64,000 bases of DNA from an uncultured Gammaproteobacteria bacterium (GTDB taxonomy: Bacteria; Patescibacteriota; Patescibacteriia; Patescibacteriales; GWE2-39-37), in the NCBI GenBank assembly GCA_964443495.1, contig CAYUCS010000001.1, positions 341,496 to 405,495 of the forward strand, in the 5' to 3' direction. A model generated the notes under the pieces. The model saw nothing but the letters and a program-made list of their open reading frames with translations. It was not told where the DNA came from and did not search any database. This document shows, in pieces, positions 1 through 11,143 of this stretch; the stretch's first letter is position 1; each line of letters opens with the position of its first letter. A program made the translations under genes and the position numbers.

Positions 1-3
1 AGC

Positions 4-33
4 AAAAAAGCCGCAAATAGTTTGCGGCTTTTT
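4..33. terminator. Hairpin terminator (bidirectional type) downstream of the thyX-like gene
   Basis: AGCCGCAAA / TTTGCGGCT 9-bp stem (9-29) with an A-run before and a T-run after. Confidence 0.6.
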
Positions 34-48
34 ATTATTCGATAGTAG

Positions 49-1452
49 TTATGATTTGTCCACCATGATGTATTTAGCTAGATTGGGATGCACGGAGGCG
101 ATTTGGTCATGCATCATTTGGGCGACCTTGCGGTAGGTGAAGTGGCCGCCTTGGCGCGATCTCAAGCCGATGAAGTAGAAAGCTTCGCGCAGGTTCATCT
201 TCATGACGAAACGACGGGCGGTCGCTTTGGTCGTTACATATTGCGCTTCGTACGGATATTTTTGGGCGACGAAGCGGGCGAATTCATGCGCAAGCTCCAT
301 TACTGAGCGGTATTCGTCGCCGAGGCCGACCTGGTCGAAAAGCTTCGGAGTAAAGAAGCCATATGAACCAGTAAGCAGCTGCGGGGTTTGAGTCATGATC
401 CGATTGCGTTTCAAGTCGTAGTAGGCCCCTTGGTCCAGAAGCACGTCGAAAGTGTAGTAGGGGTACTCTAATTCGCGCGGCGGCTTGTCATAGATGTTGC
501 GCGCTTTCTCGAAAATGGTTTCGAAGTAGCGGTCCTTTTCTTCTTGCGAGAGTTTTTTGGCTTGTTCAAGGCAGGCTGAATAGCTCAAAGGCTGGTATTT
601 GTAAATCATCGCAGCCAAAATCTTGTCCTCGGCGTCGGTGTCATATTCGATCAGCTCGACTTCGAGCTTGTTTTCGTCGCTGAATTCCGGCCTGGCCATT
701 CCGCGCGAAAGCTCTCGCGATTTGGCGTGGGCGAACTGCTCATTGGCGACATAGCCTTCGTTTACGTCGGCGTACTTGACCAATGTCGGAGTGACTTCCA
801 TGGCGACGCGTTTCAGGTCCTTGCCGATGTTCCGCACCTCTTCAAGGGGGTGGGACAGCATTTTGGTGATGGCGTATTCCATCGTGCGCGCATTGGTGCT
901 CATGCCCAGATTGGCCAAGACGGCATTGGGCAGGGCGAAGCGGCACACGTCGATCCACTTGGATTTGATTTTAGCTTGGTAGATCGGGTCAGGGTCGCCG
1001 AGTTTGTTCGGGTACAATTCCATGATGGCGAGGCGGATCGGTTCGAGCGATTTTTCGTACAGGTCGAACAGCTGGCCGATGACCGCTTGGTAGGTCTGGC
1101 TGATTTCCGGATCATTGGCGATGGTTTCAGGCGTGTAAACCCGGTCGCGGTTATAGACTTGGTAGCGCGAGGATTTCTCGGTGTAGGAAGCGAGGCGGTT
1201 GGCCTGGATCGCCTCGACGGCCATCAAGGACACGTTTTCAATCGCCACGTTCATGAAGGCATGCTCGGCGACCGAACCGTGACCGTAGTTGACGACCCAT
1301 TTCTCGTTGAACTCGGCCGATTTGTTTTCGGTGAGCTCGTTGGCGATCTGATCGAATGGTTCGGCCGAGCGCGAACATTTGGCGAAGGTGACGGCGACAA
1401 CCTCGGGCGGGAGATTTTTTAGGGCGTAAATTCTTGGGGAAGTGTTGTGCAT
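49..1452 (-). CDS. thyX: Tandem two-domain ThyX-like flavin-dependent thymidylate synthase
   Basis: 467 aa, about twice a canonical ThyX. Half 1 has ANRLASYTEKSSRY and STNARTMEYAITKM blocks. Half 2 has KRNRIMTQTPQ and MNLREAFYFIGLRSRQGGH blocks. Sits in a dTTP gene cluster. Confidence 0.65.
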   Translation of the reverse strand: MHNTSPRIYALKNLPPEVVAVTFAKCSRSAEPFDQIANELTENKSAEFNEKWVVNYGHGSVAEHAFMNVAIENVSLMAVEAIQANRLASYTEKSSRYQVYNRDRVYTPETIANDPEISQTYQAVIGQLFDLYEKSLEPIRLAIMELYPNKLGDPDPIYQAKIKSKWIDVCRFALPNAVLANLGMSTNARTMEYAITKMLSHPLEEVRNIGKDLKRVAMEVTPTLVKYADVNEGYVANEQFAHAKSRELSRGMARPEFSDENKLEVELIEYDTDAEDKILAAMIYKYQPLSYSACLEQAKKLSQEEKDRYFETIFEKARNIYDKPPRELEYPYYTFDVLLDQGAYYDLKRNRIMTQTPQLLTGSYGFFTPKLFDQVGLGDEYRSVMELAHEFARFVAQKYPYEAQYVTTKATARRFVMKMNLREAFYFIGLRSRQGGHFTYRKVAQMMHDQIASVHPNLAKYIMVDKS

Positions 1453-1472
1453 AGTATTGTATTGTAAATTCT

Positions 1473-2639
1473 TCAGAACAATCCGCTTGAACCGAAACGG
1501 CCTTCGACTCGCTCAGTCTTGTCCATCAGCCTTTCTTCTATTACAACCGGCGTTTCCACTTTCTGTATCAGGAGCTGGGCGATTTTCTGGCCGGCTTCGA
1601 TGCGGTAAGGCGCTTGGCTGAGATTGATCAGGACCACGGCTAGAGGGCCGCGGAAATTTTCGTCTATGACTCCGGCCAGGGTGTGGATCCCTTTGGTGGC
1701 GATTCCGCTCTTGTCCCAGACCAGTCCGGCATAACCCTGCGGCAGCGCTAGCCTGATGCCAGTCTCGATCACTTTTTTCTCTCCAGGCGCCAGCTCATGC
1801 GCTTGGTCGGAAAAGAGGTCGAGGCCAGCGTCACCGGAGTAGCTGCGGCTCGGCAGCTTGGCGGTGGATGAGAGCCGTTCTATTTTTAATGACAAAGGCC
1901 GGCTTGAAGCTTCGGGGCTGGCTGGATTGACTACTTGGCGGCCGAGCAGCGGAGCGATTGCTTGCCAGACAAGCCAGTTGACGGCTTCGCGATCCAGGAT
2001 GGCCCCATGCGGGCTGCACTCGATCAGTTGGAAGCCGGGAAAAGTTTGGGCGATTTCCAGATAGACCCTTTCCGCGTTGCGCAAGTGCTCAAGGTCAGCT
2101 TCGTGGATATCGCGCTTCTGGCCGCCGACGTAATCGCGGTGGCCTTTCTGATCGACCAGTTGCTGGGCGACGGCCGCGTCCACATGCAGGATCAGGTTAA
2201 GGTCCGGCTTGGGGATTCCGAATTGCTCGTATTCCAATTGATAAAGCCAGTTGAAGTATTTTTGCCGCTCTGCGGCGTCGCTGATCTTGCCGCCTTGATG
2301 GCCCATGTTGGCTGTGACATAGCGGTTGGTGATGACGATCTTGCCTTCTTGGAGCCATTTGCGCATCTGGAAGCTGGCGTCGTAACGGTCAGCGGCGTAG
2401 AAGATGGAAGCGCGGTAGGGCCCTACTTCGTCAGCCGTGCCGTACTTGCCATTAAGGTATTCCTCGACCAATCCAGCGGATTTTTTGCCATATTGCGGAA
2501 AATCCACCAAGGCGACTTCGTAGCCGAGACGCTTGAGGCGTTCGGTCAAGAGCTGCGCCTGGGTCGCTTTGCCCGAGCCATCGGTGCCGTCGATGACGAT
2601 CAGCTTGCCGCTGTAGTTCTGGTCGATTGGTTGTTGCAT
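1473..2639 (-). CDS. tmk/dut: Thymidylate kinase - dUTPase fusion protein
   Basis: N-terminal half: LIVIDGTDGSGKAT P-loop and AADRYDAS (Tmk). C-terminal half: AGLDL, GVIDENFRG, KIAQLLI, RFGSSG (trimeric dUTPase motifs). The ORF extends to a GTG at 2678, but that codon lies inside a hairpin, so the ATG at 2639 is preferred. Confidence 0.8.
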   Translation of the reverse strand: MQQPIDQNYSGKLIVIDGTDGSGKATQAQLLTERLKRLGYEVALVDFPQYGKKSAGLVEEYLNGKYGTADEVGPYRASIFYAADRYDASFQMRKWLQEGKIVITNRYVTANMGHQGGKISDAAERQKYFNWLYQLEYEQFGIPKPDLNLILHVDAAVAQQLVDQKGHRDYVGGQKRDIHEADLEHLRNAERVYLEIAQTFPGFQLIECSPHGAILDREAVNWLVWQAIAPLLGRQVVNPASPEASSRPLSLKIERLSSTAKLPSRSYSGDAGLDLFSDQAHELAPGEKKVIETGIRLALPQGYAGLVWDKSGIATKGIHTLAGVIDENFRGPLAVVLINLSQAPYRIEAGQKIAQLLIQKVETPVVIEERLMDKTERVEGRFGSSGLF

Positions 2640-2647
2640 AGGGGTTT

Positions 2648-2682
2648 GAAGAAAACAAAGGAGTGCAGGCTCGTGCACTCCT
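2648..2682 (-). terminator. Intra-cluster hairpin (terminator or attenuator) between the kinase gene and tmk-dut
   Basis: AGGAGTGCA / TGCACTCCT 9-bp stem (2659-2682), followed on the minus strand by TTGTTTTCTTC. Confidence 0.4.
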
Positions 2683-2703
2683 CCTTGTTAGATTGTTAAT
2701 CGG

Positions 2704-3252
2704 TTACCTCGAAATCAGCTGGTCCAATTGCCGGTAGAGCGCGGCCAAGTCGCCGTTATTGTCTATTTCCGCGTCAGCATGGCCCATGACCTCGGGAATG
2801 GTCAGTTCGGTCGGCAGTTCGTGGTCAGCTTGGAATTGCTCGTAGGTCTTGGTGGCGTCATCGGCGTTCTCATTGCGCTTGGTCAGGCGCTCCCATCTCG
2901 TCCGCGGTTCGGCGACAAGGCGGATAAGCTTGAAGTCAGGAATCTCTTTCAAGTGAGTGATATCCGGCATGCGCCTGATGCCTTCGACGACCACTATCTG
3001 GTGCTCATCGTTCTTTGCATCGTTGGCTATGACCTTGGCCATAAGGTCCTGGCCGAAAGCGGCTCGCATTATCTCGGAGAAAGTGACGATGTTTTCGCGC
3101 GTTTGCGGAATGTAAAAACGATCAAGGCCATCGCGCAGCATCGTTGAAAAACGATAAGTCGAAGCGCCGTATTTTTCTTCAAGATACTTGGCAGCCGTAC
3201 CTTTGCCCGAGGCGATCAGGCCGGTAAAGCCGATGATGATTTTTTGGCTCAT
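2704..3252 (-). CDS. Small P-loop nucleotide or nucleoside-monophosphate kinase (CoaE/dNMP-kinase-like)
   Basis: N-terminal IIIGFTGLIASGKGT Walker A; 182 aa; embedded in the dTTP cluster. Confidence 0.5.
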   Translation of the reverse strand: MSQKIIIGFTGLIASGKGTAAKYLEEKYGASTYRFSTMLRDGLDRFYIPQTRENIVTFSEIMRAAFGQDLMAKVIANDAKNDEHQIVVVEGIRRMPDITHLKEIPDFKLIRLVAEPRTRWERLTKRNENADDATKTYEQFQADHELPTELTIPEVMGHADAEIDNNGDLAALYRQLDQLISR

Positions 3253-3255
3253 AGT

Positions 3256-4032
3256 TTAAAGCGGTATGTCGGATTTTAGGATCTTGCCGATCGGAGTGAA
3301 ACTGGCGGCATATTTGGAAAGCGGCTTTTCAGCGGGTTTCTGGGCCGGTGAGGCAGGAGCCGCCGGTTCGGCCTTTGGAGCCGTCACGGCAACCGGCAGG
3401 TCGGCCGGAACAGCGGCAGGCTGGATTTCGCGGATCGGGGCGATCGTGACCGCGGTCGGGGCCGGTGCCGGGTCGGCAATGGCCGGGGTGCCTGATTGCT
3501 GGGTGATGATGGTCTCGGTCGGTTGCGGGGCGGTTGGCGCCATGTCAGCGTAGGTCTCCATGTCGGTCGAAAGTATTTTGTACTGCACGCCGGTTTCAGC
3601 GAAGATATCGGCGGTGCGTCCGGAGCCATGGTAATTCTTCTGGCAGACGACGCGTTTGATGCCGGCATTGATAATCATCTTGGCGCAGGTATAGCAGGGG
3701 GTCATCTTCTGGTAGATGGTCGCGCCGTCAAGCGAGATTCCCTCGCGCGCGGCCTGGCAGATGGCGTTCTGCTCGGCGTGGATAGTGCGGATGCAGTGGC
3801 GGCTCTGGTGGCCGTCAGCATGAGTGACGGTGTGCATCTCATGGCCGATCTCGTCGCAGTGGGCAATACCGGCTGGTGAGCCGACATAGCCAGTCGCGAT
3901 GATGCGCTTGTCCTTGACGATGACGCAACCGAGACGCCCGCGGTCGCAGGAACCGCGGCTGCCGACCATATCGGCGATGTTCAAGAAGTACTCATCCCAC
4001 GAGGGGCGGTGGTGAGGAGTCGGATTTTCCAT
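3256..4032 (-). CDS. dCMP deaminase with a long Pro/Ala-rich C-terminal tail
   Basis: HAEQNAI and PCYTCAKMI zinc-binding motifs of the cytidine/dCMP deaminase fold; the last ~110 aa are low-complexity P/A/T-rich. Confidence 0.8.
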   Translation of the reverse strand: MENPTPHHRPSWDEYFLNIADMVGSRGSCDRGRLGCVIVKDKRIIATGYVGSPAGIAHCDEIGHEMHTVTHADGHQSRHCIRTIHAEQNAICQAAREGISLDGATIYQKMTPCYTCAKMIINAGIKRVVCQKNYHGSGRTADIFAETGVQYKILSTDMETYADMAPTAPQPTETIITQQSGTPAIADPAPAPTAVTIAPIREIQPAAVPADLPVAVTAPKAEPAAPASPAQKPAEKPLSKYAASFTPIGKILKSDIPL

Positions 4033-4181
4033 AGAAAAAAATGTTTAACTTGACTAAACCCCCTTGTTTATTGCGTTTTTGTGTTTGTTTGTGGAAAAGT
4101 CCTTTTTAGCCCTTTTATTTTATCAGAGAGGTGAGTTAAAAGCAAACCCAGTTTTTGCGTCGGTAATGCTTTATTTTTAGC

Positions 4182-4218
4182 AAAAAAAACAGGGACGGCT
4201 GGGCCGTCCCTGTTTTTT
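4182..4218. terminator. Bidirectional rho-independent terminator
   Basis: CAGGGACGGC / GCCGTCCCTG 10-bp stem flanked by A8 and T6 runs. Confidence 0.7.
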
Positions 4219-4221
4219 AGA

Positions 4222-4977
4222 TTATTTCTGCTCTTGGGAGATGAATTTTTTCATGTCCGCTACCGAACTCATAAGTTGGGCAGGGAATATGATGGTCGAG
4301 TTTTTCTCGATCGAAATCTCAGCCATGGTCTGGAGGTTCCTGAGCTGCAAGGCGATCGGGTGGGCGGCGATGACATCGGCCGCTTCGCCCAATTTTTGCG
4401 AAGCCATCAGTTCGCCCTCGGCAGCGATGATCTTGGCGCGTTTTTCACGTTCGGCTTCGGCCTGCTTGGCCATGGCGCGCTGCATATTTTCCGGCAGCTC
4501 GATATCCTTGATTTCGACGACCGAGACGACTACGCCCCAGGGCTCGGTGTGGGTGTCGAGAACTTTCCTGATTTCGCCATTGATGACATCGCGTTCGGAT
4601 AGGATTTCATCGAGCTGGAAACGGCCGACGATGTTGCGGACCGTGGTTTGCGCGATCTGGTCGATGGCGCGCATCACGTTCTCGATGGCTACGATGCTTT
4701 TGATCGGGTCGATTACTTGGTAATAGGCGACGGCCGAGACATCAACCGAGACATTGTCTTTGGTGATGATCTTTTGCGGAGGAATCGGCAGAGTGATGGT
4801 GCGTAGGTCGATTTGCCGCATCCAGGAGATGTAGGGGATGATCCAAGTCAAGCCCGGCTCCTTGATGCCGGTAATTTTGCCCAAGAGGAAGACTACGCCT
4901 TTTTCATACTGCTGGACGACCCTGAAGCCGGGCAGTATCAAAAAGACAAACACGAGGAACAGGATTGTGTAGCCCAT
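4222..4977 (-). CDS. SPFH/Band-7 (stomatin-prohibitin-like) membrane protein
   Basis: N-terminal TM helix, then VVQQYEKGVVFLLGK...GLTWIIP...DNVSVDVSAVAYYQV and a C-terminal AEAEREKRAKII coiled coil. Confidence 0.8.
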   Translation of the reverse strand: MGYTILFLVFVFLILPGFRVVQQYEKGVVFLLGKITGIKEPGLTWIIPYISWMRQIDLRTITLPIPPQKIITKDNVSVDVSAVAYYQVIDPIKSIVAIENVMRAIDQIAQTTVRNIVGRFQLDEILSERDVINGEIRKVLDTHTEPWGVVVSVVEIKDIELPENMQRAMAKQAEAEREKRAKIIAAEGELMASQKLGEAADVIAAHPIALQLRNLQTMAEISIEKNSTIIFPAQLMSSVADMKKFISQEQK

Positions 4978-5105
4978 AGATTTCCGTTGGCGTGATGCCT
5001 TAGTGATTTATTCTGATTTAACCTTAGCAAATGCGTGGCAAAATGCAAATAAAAAAGGGGAACGCGAGTTCTCCCTTGGCCCATGCGGGCGACGTCTATA
5101 AGATG

Positions 5106-5291
5106 TTAGCGCCGAGGCAGTAAAGGCGGCACTGTGCCTGGGTGCGATTTCGCCATTTTTTTTCTGGCGTCATTTTGGGGATCAGTGGTTCCCAATAGCA
5201 GATTCGATGCAATTTCCTTGATCGCTTCTTTTGAAAGTCCGATCACTTCCTGAGCAAAAAACTTTAATTGGCCGATGCTTGATTGTCTCAT
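5106..5291 (-). CDS. Small hypothetical protein (61 aa)
   Basis: GGAGGG Shine-Dalgarno 5 nt before the ATG; stem-loop plus T-run downstream on the minus strand (~5050-5080); no recognisable domain. Confidence 0.4.
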   Translation of the reverse strand: MRQSSIGQLKFFAQEVIGLSKEAIKEIASNLLLGTTDPQNDARKKMAKSHPGTVPPLLPRR

Positions 5292-5336
5292 GGTGCCCTC
5301 CAATGAGCATTTTTTACTAAAGTAACATTAATTTAT

Positions 5337-5369
5337 AAAAAAAACAAGCCCCGAAAGGGGCTTGTTTTG
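5337..5369. terminator. Bidirectional terminator downstream of rplA
   Basis: ACAAGCCCC-GAAA-GGGGCTTGT hairpin with A-run and T-run. Confidence 0.7.
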
Positions 5370-5386
5370 AGTATGTTCGGTGCGCT

Positions 5387-6082
5387 TTATAATGACACTT
5401 TGATGCCAGGGCCCATGGTCGAGCAGATGACCACGTTCTTGATGTAAGCGCCCTTGGCCTTAGCTGGCTTCAACTTCTTGATGATATCGACTACGGCCTG
5501 GAAATTCTCAGCCAACTTGGCAGTCTCGAAAGAGGTTTTGCCGATCGGCATGTGGATATTGGCGGTGTCGTCGTTCTTGAAGCTGATCTTGCCTTTCTTG
5601 ATTTCGGCGATCGCCTTGGCCGGGTCAGTGGTAACGGTCTCGTTCTTCGGTGAAGGCATCAGGCCGCGGGTACCAAGAATCTTGGCGATCGGGGCCAGGA
5701 AGCGCATCATTTCCGGAGTGGCGATGGCGACTTCGAAATCAGTCTTTTCAGTTTTCTTGATTTCTTCGATCAGCTCTTCGCCGCCGACAATGTCGGCGCC
5801 GGCTGCCTTGGCGTCAGCCTGCTTGTCAGCGCTGACGAAAGCGGCCACCTTGACGGTCTTGCCGATACCGTGAGGCAGGCTGACAGCGGAACGGATCTGC
5901 TGGTCGCCCTTCTTGGTGTCGATGCCGAGGCGCAAGTGGACCTCGATCGATGAATCGAACTTGGTGGCCGAGAATTTCTTAGCCATCTCGATGGCTTCAG
6001 CGATCGGATAGGCCTTGGCCTTGTCAAAATCGTAAGCCTTTTTCTTGGACTTTTTTACGGTCTTTTTGGTTGTCTCAGTCAT
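5387..6082 (-). CDS. rplA: 50S ribosomal protein L1
   Basis: YPIAEAIEMAKKF...IEVHLRLGID...QIRSAVSLPHGIGK pattern. Start uncertain: ATG at 6082 preferred, and the ORF also opens at a GTG at 6118. Confidence 0.9.
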   Translation of the reverse strand: MTETTKKTVKKSKKKAYDFDKAKAYPIAEAIEMAKKFSATKFDSSIEVHLRLGIDTKKGDQQIRSAVSLPHGIGKTVKVAAFVSADKQADAKAAGADIVGGEELIEEIKKTEKTDFEVAIATPEMMRFLAPIAKILGTRGLMPSPKNETVTTDPAKAIAEIKKGKISFKNDDTANIHMPIGKTSFETAKLAENFQAVVDIIKKLKPAKAKGAYIKNVVICSTMGPGIKVSL

Positions 6083-6133
6083 GCGTTTGTAGTGGTCTGC
6101 GTCCAATCGGACTCCCACGTTAATATTGAATGA

Positions 6134-6559
6134 TTAATCTTTGATTTCTACGCCCATCTGACGAGCGGTGCCGGCGATGGTCTTCATCGCGGCCTCGACG
6201 CTGGTGGTGTTCAGGTCCTGCAGCTTGATTTGCGCGATCTCGCGCAGCTGCGCGCTGGTCAGGGTGCCGACCTTCTCGATGTGGGCCTTCTTCGAACCGC
6301 TCTTGATGCCGGCGAACTTCTTGATCAATTCGCCTGCCGGAGGGGTTTTGGTGATGAAGGTGAAGGAGCGGTCGTCATAAACGGTGATCACTACCGGAGT
6401 GATTTCGCCCATGCGGTCCTTGGTTGCGTCGTTGAATTGCATGCAGAAGGCTTGGATCTGCACGCCGTGCTGGCCCAAAGCCGGACCGACTGGAGGTGCA
6501 GGATTGGCCTGGCCGGCAGGGATCTGCAATTTGATCTGTGCTAGTATTTTCTTAGCCAT
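6134..6559 (-). CDS. rplK: 50S ribosomal protein L11
   Basis: [33 protein letters not shown]... canonical L11 N-terminus. Confidence 0.95.
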   Translation of the reverse strand: MAKKILAQIKLQIPAGQANPAPPVGPALGQHGVQIQAFCMQFNDATKDRMGEITPVVITVYDDRSFTFITKTPPAGELIKKFAGIKSGSKKAHIEKVGTLTSAQLREIAQIKLQDLNTTSVEAAMKTIAGTARQMGVEIKD

Positions 6560-6617
6560 AATTTTAATGATATTTACTTATATTCAATTGCTCCGAGAAG
6601 CGCAGAGCAACCAATGA

Positions 6618-7163
6618 TTAGATTTTCTTGATCTGCAAGAAGTCGAGTTCCAGCGGCGTTTCGCGGCCGAACATCGAGACCAATACTTTGACTTTGCCCT
6701 TGGCTTCATCGACTTGGGTGACCTTGCCTTCCAGGTTCTTGAACGGTCCATCGACGATCTTGACCGGGGAGTCGACCGTGACATCGATGGTGAATTTCGG
6801 TTCTTCAACGCCCATGCGTTTCTGCAGCTCTTTGACCTCCGTGTCGGAAATCGGGGTTGGGACGGTGCCGGTGCCGATGAAGCCGGTGACGTTCGGCGTG
6901 TTACGCACGACGTACCAGGAGTCATCGGTTACGATCATCTCGACCAAGACGTAGCCGGGGAAGATTTTCTCTTCCACGGTTTTACGTTTGCCGTTCTTGA
7001 TCTTGATCTTCTTCTCGATCGGAATCAGGATATTGAAAATTTTGTCCTCCATGTCCATCGACTCGGTTCTCTGACGCAAGCTCTGGGCGACGTTCTCTTC
7101 GTAGCCAGAGTAGGTGTGGATGACGTACCAGCGACGGCCTTGGTTTAAGACTTGTTTAGCCAT
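6618..7163 (-). CDS. nusG: Transcription termination/antitermination factor NusG
   Basis: RRWYVIHTYSGYE NGN domain and a C-terminal KOW (VKIVDGPFKNLEGKV); secE-nusG-rplK-rplA synteny. Confidence 0.9.
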   Translation of the reverse strand: MAKQVLNQGRRWYVIHTYSGYEENVAQSLRQRTESMDMEDKIFNILIPIEKKIKIKNGKRKTVEEKIFPGYVLVEMIVTDDSWYVVRNTPNVTGFIGTGTVPTPISDTEVKELQKRMGVEEPKFTIDVTVDSPVKIVDGPFKNLEGKVTQVDEAKGKVKVLVSMFGRETPLELDFLQIKKI

Positions 7164-7206
7164 AGATTTATATTTATAACTTCTCCTTGTTGTTGAGATA
7201 AAGCGG

Positions 7207-7401
7207 TTAGGCGCCTCGGCTGATCAAGAGGCTCAAGCCGGTGGTGAAAACCATGTCCAGCAGGTATAAAAAAACGGAAACAGCCAAGCTGACACCGATG
7301 ACCATGAGCGTGTAGTTGGTGGTTTCATTCTTTGTCGGCCAGGTGACTTTTCGGAGCTCCTCGACCGACTCTTTAAGATACGTGGTTAGGCGGTTTACCA
7401 T
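7207..7401 (-). CDS. secE: Preprotein translocase subunit SecE
   Basis: 64 aa; ELRKVTWPTKNET followed by a single TM helix; located upstream of nusG. Confidence 0.85.
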   Translation of the reverse strand: MVNRLTTYLKESVEELRKVTWPTKNETTNYTLMVIGVSLAVSVFLYLLDMVFTTGLSLLISRGA

Positions 7402-7503
7402 AATTTTGGTTTAAAAAACAGCCCTTGCGGGCGTTCCAATTAACTATGATTAGAATAACCGATTGGCGATAAAATGTCAAGGTTTGGGCGCTGGGCGTAA
7501 ATA

Positions 7504-7512
7504 TGTTATAAT
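7504..7512 (+). promoter_or_regulatory. Extended -10 promoter element TGTTATAAT
   Basis: TGnTATAAT 10 nt upstream of the 7522 start; the same 9-mer type recurs before several genes in the window. Confidence 0.4.
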
Positions 7513-7521
7513 TAAGCCACT

Positions 7522-7905
7522 ATGGATAACAACAACGTAGCGATTTACAGCTCCAAGATCATTGCCGATATCGTATGGGGGATTTTTTATTTTCCCTTGT
7601 GGTGGTATGGGGCTGGATTGCTCAAATTCATACTTACATTAGGTAAATTTATTGCCGAAAGGGAGCACGAAACCGGCTTTTTGGTCTGGCTCAAGAATAT
7701 CGGCAAGCCGATGTATGGGCAGAGCGACTTCGCCGGTGTCCTCATCAGTATCTTCATGCGGTTCATTCAGATTGTCGTCCGAGGCGTTATTATGCTTTTT
7801 TGGCTATTTTTAGCTATAATTTTTCTGGGTATTTGGATTTGTCTGCCAATCGTCACTCTTTACGAGATTTTTTATCAAATCATCCCTTCAGCTAATCATT
7901 TGTAA
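7522..7905 (+). CDS. Small integral membrane protein, unknown function
   Basis: 127 aa with 3-4 hydrophobic helices; stop lies 3 nt before the Clp-like gene start. Confidence 0.6.
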   Translation: MDNNNVAIYSSKIIADIVWGIFYFPLWWYGAGLLKFILTLGKFIAEREHETGFLVWLKNIGKPMYGQSDFAGVLISIFMRFIQIVVRGVIMLFWLFLAIIFLGIWICLPIVTLYEIFYQIIPSANHL

Positions 7906-7908
7906 ACA

Positions 7909-10641
<2,733 letters not shown>

Positions 10642-10686
10642 AAGGACACGAAAAGGGAGGCTCGCTTGGTGCGTCCTCCCTGACTG

Positions 10687-11064
10687 TTACAGGCTCACGG
10701 CGTTCGATAATCTGTGCGCCTCCGGCATGAAATATTTCTTCTTTACGCTGGGCGGCACCGGCAATTGGGTCAAGGACAGTACTTCGTCCTTGTCCGTCAT
10801 GACGATAGTGATGTCGACAGCGCCCGCTACGGGATTGAGGCGATCCAGGCAGCGTTGGTAAGAATCCATGCTGCAGTAAACGTGGGCGTATTTGCGCCAG
10901 TTCAGTCTTCTGATATACTGACAACCGCAGTCGCTGATCCAGTCGATCAGGGCGCAACTGCCTTTCGCCTCCTCTGCTAGCATCATTGCTAGCCGGTCAT
11001 CGCAAATGCCGACAATCAGGCACTTGCTTTTGGAAGATCCGCTTCGCTGTGCATGAGCCAACAT
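10687..11064 (-). CDS. Hypothetical Cys-rich protein
   Basis: GAGGAGG upstream of the ATG at 11064; 125 aa; no domain recognised. Confidence 0.45.
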   Translation of the reverse strand: MLAHAQRSGSSKSKCLIVGICDDRLAMMLAEEAKGSCALIDWISDCGCQYIRRLNWRKYAHVYCSMDSYQRCLDRLNPVAGAVDITIVMTDKDEVLSLTQLPVPPSVKKKYFMPEAHRLSNAVSL

Positions 11065-11143
11065 GGTAATGAGCACCTCCTCTTGGAGTGTGAGTATCTA
11101 ATATTTTATTATACCATTTTTCCTAAAATAGTCAAAATTTTTT

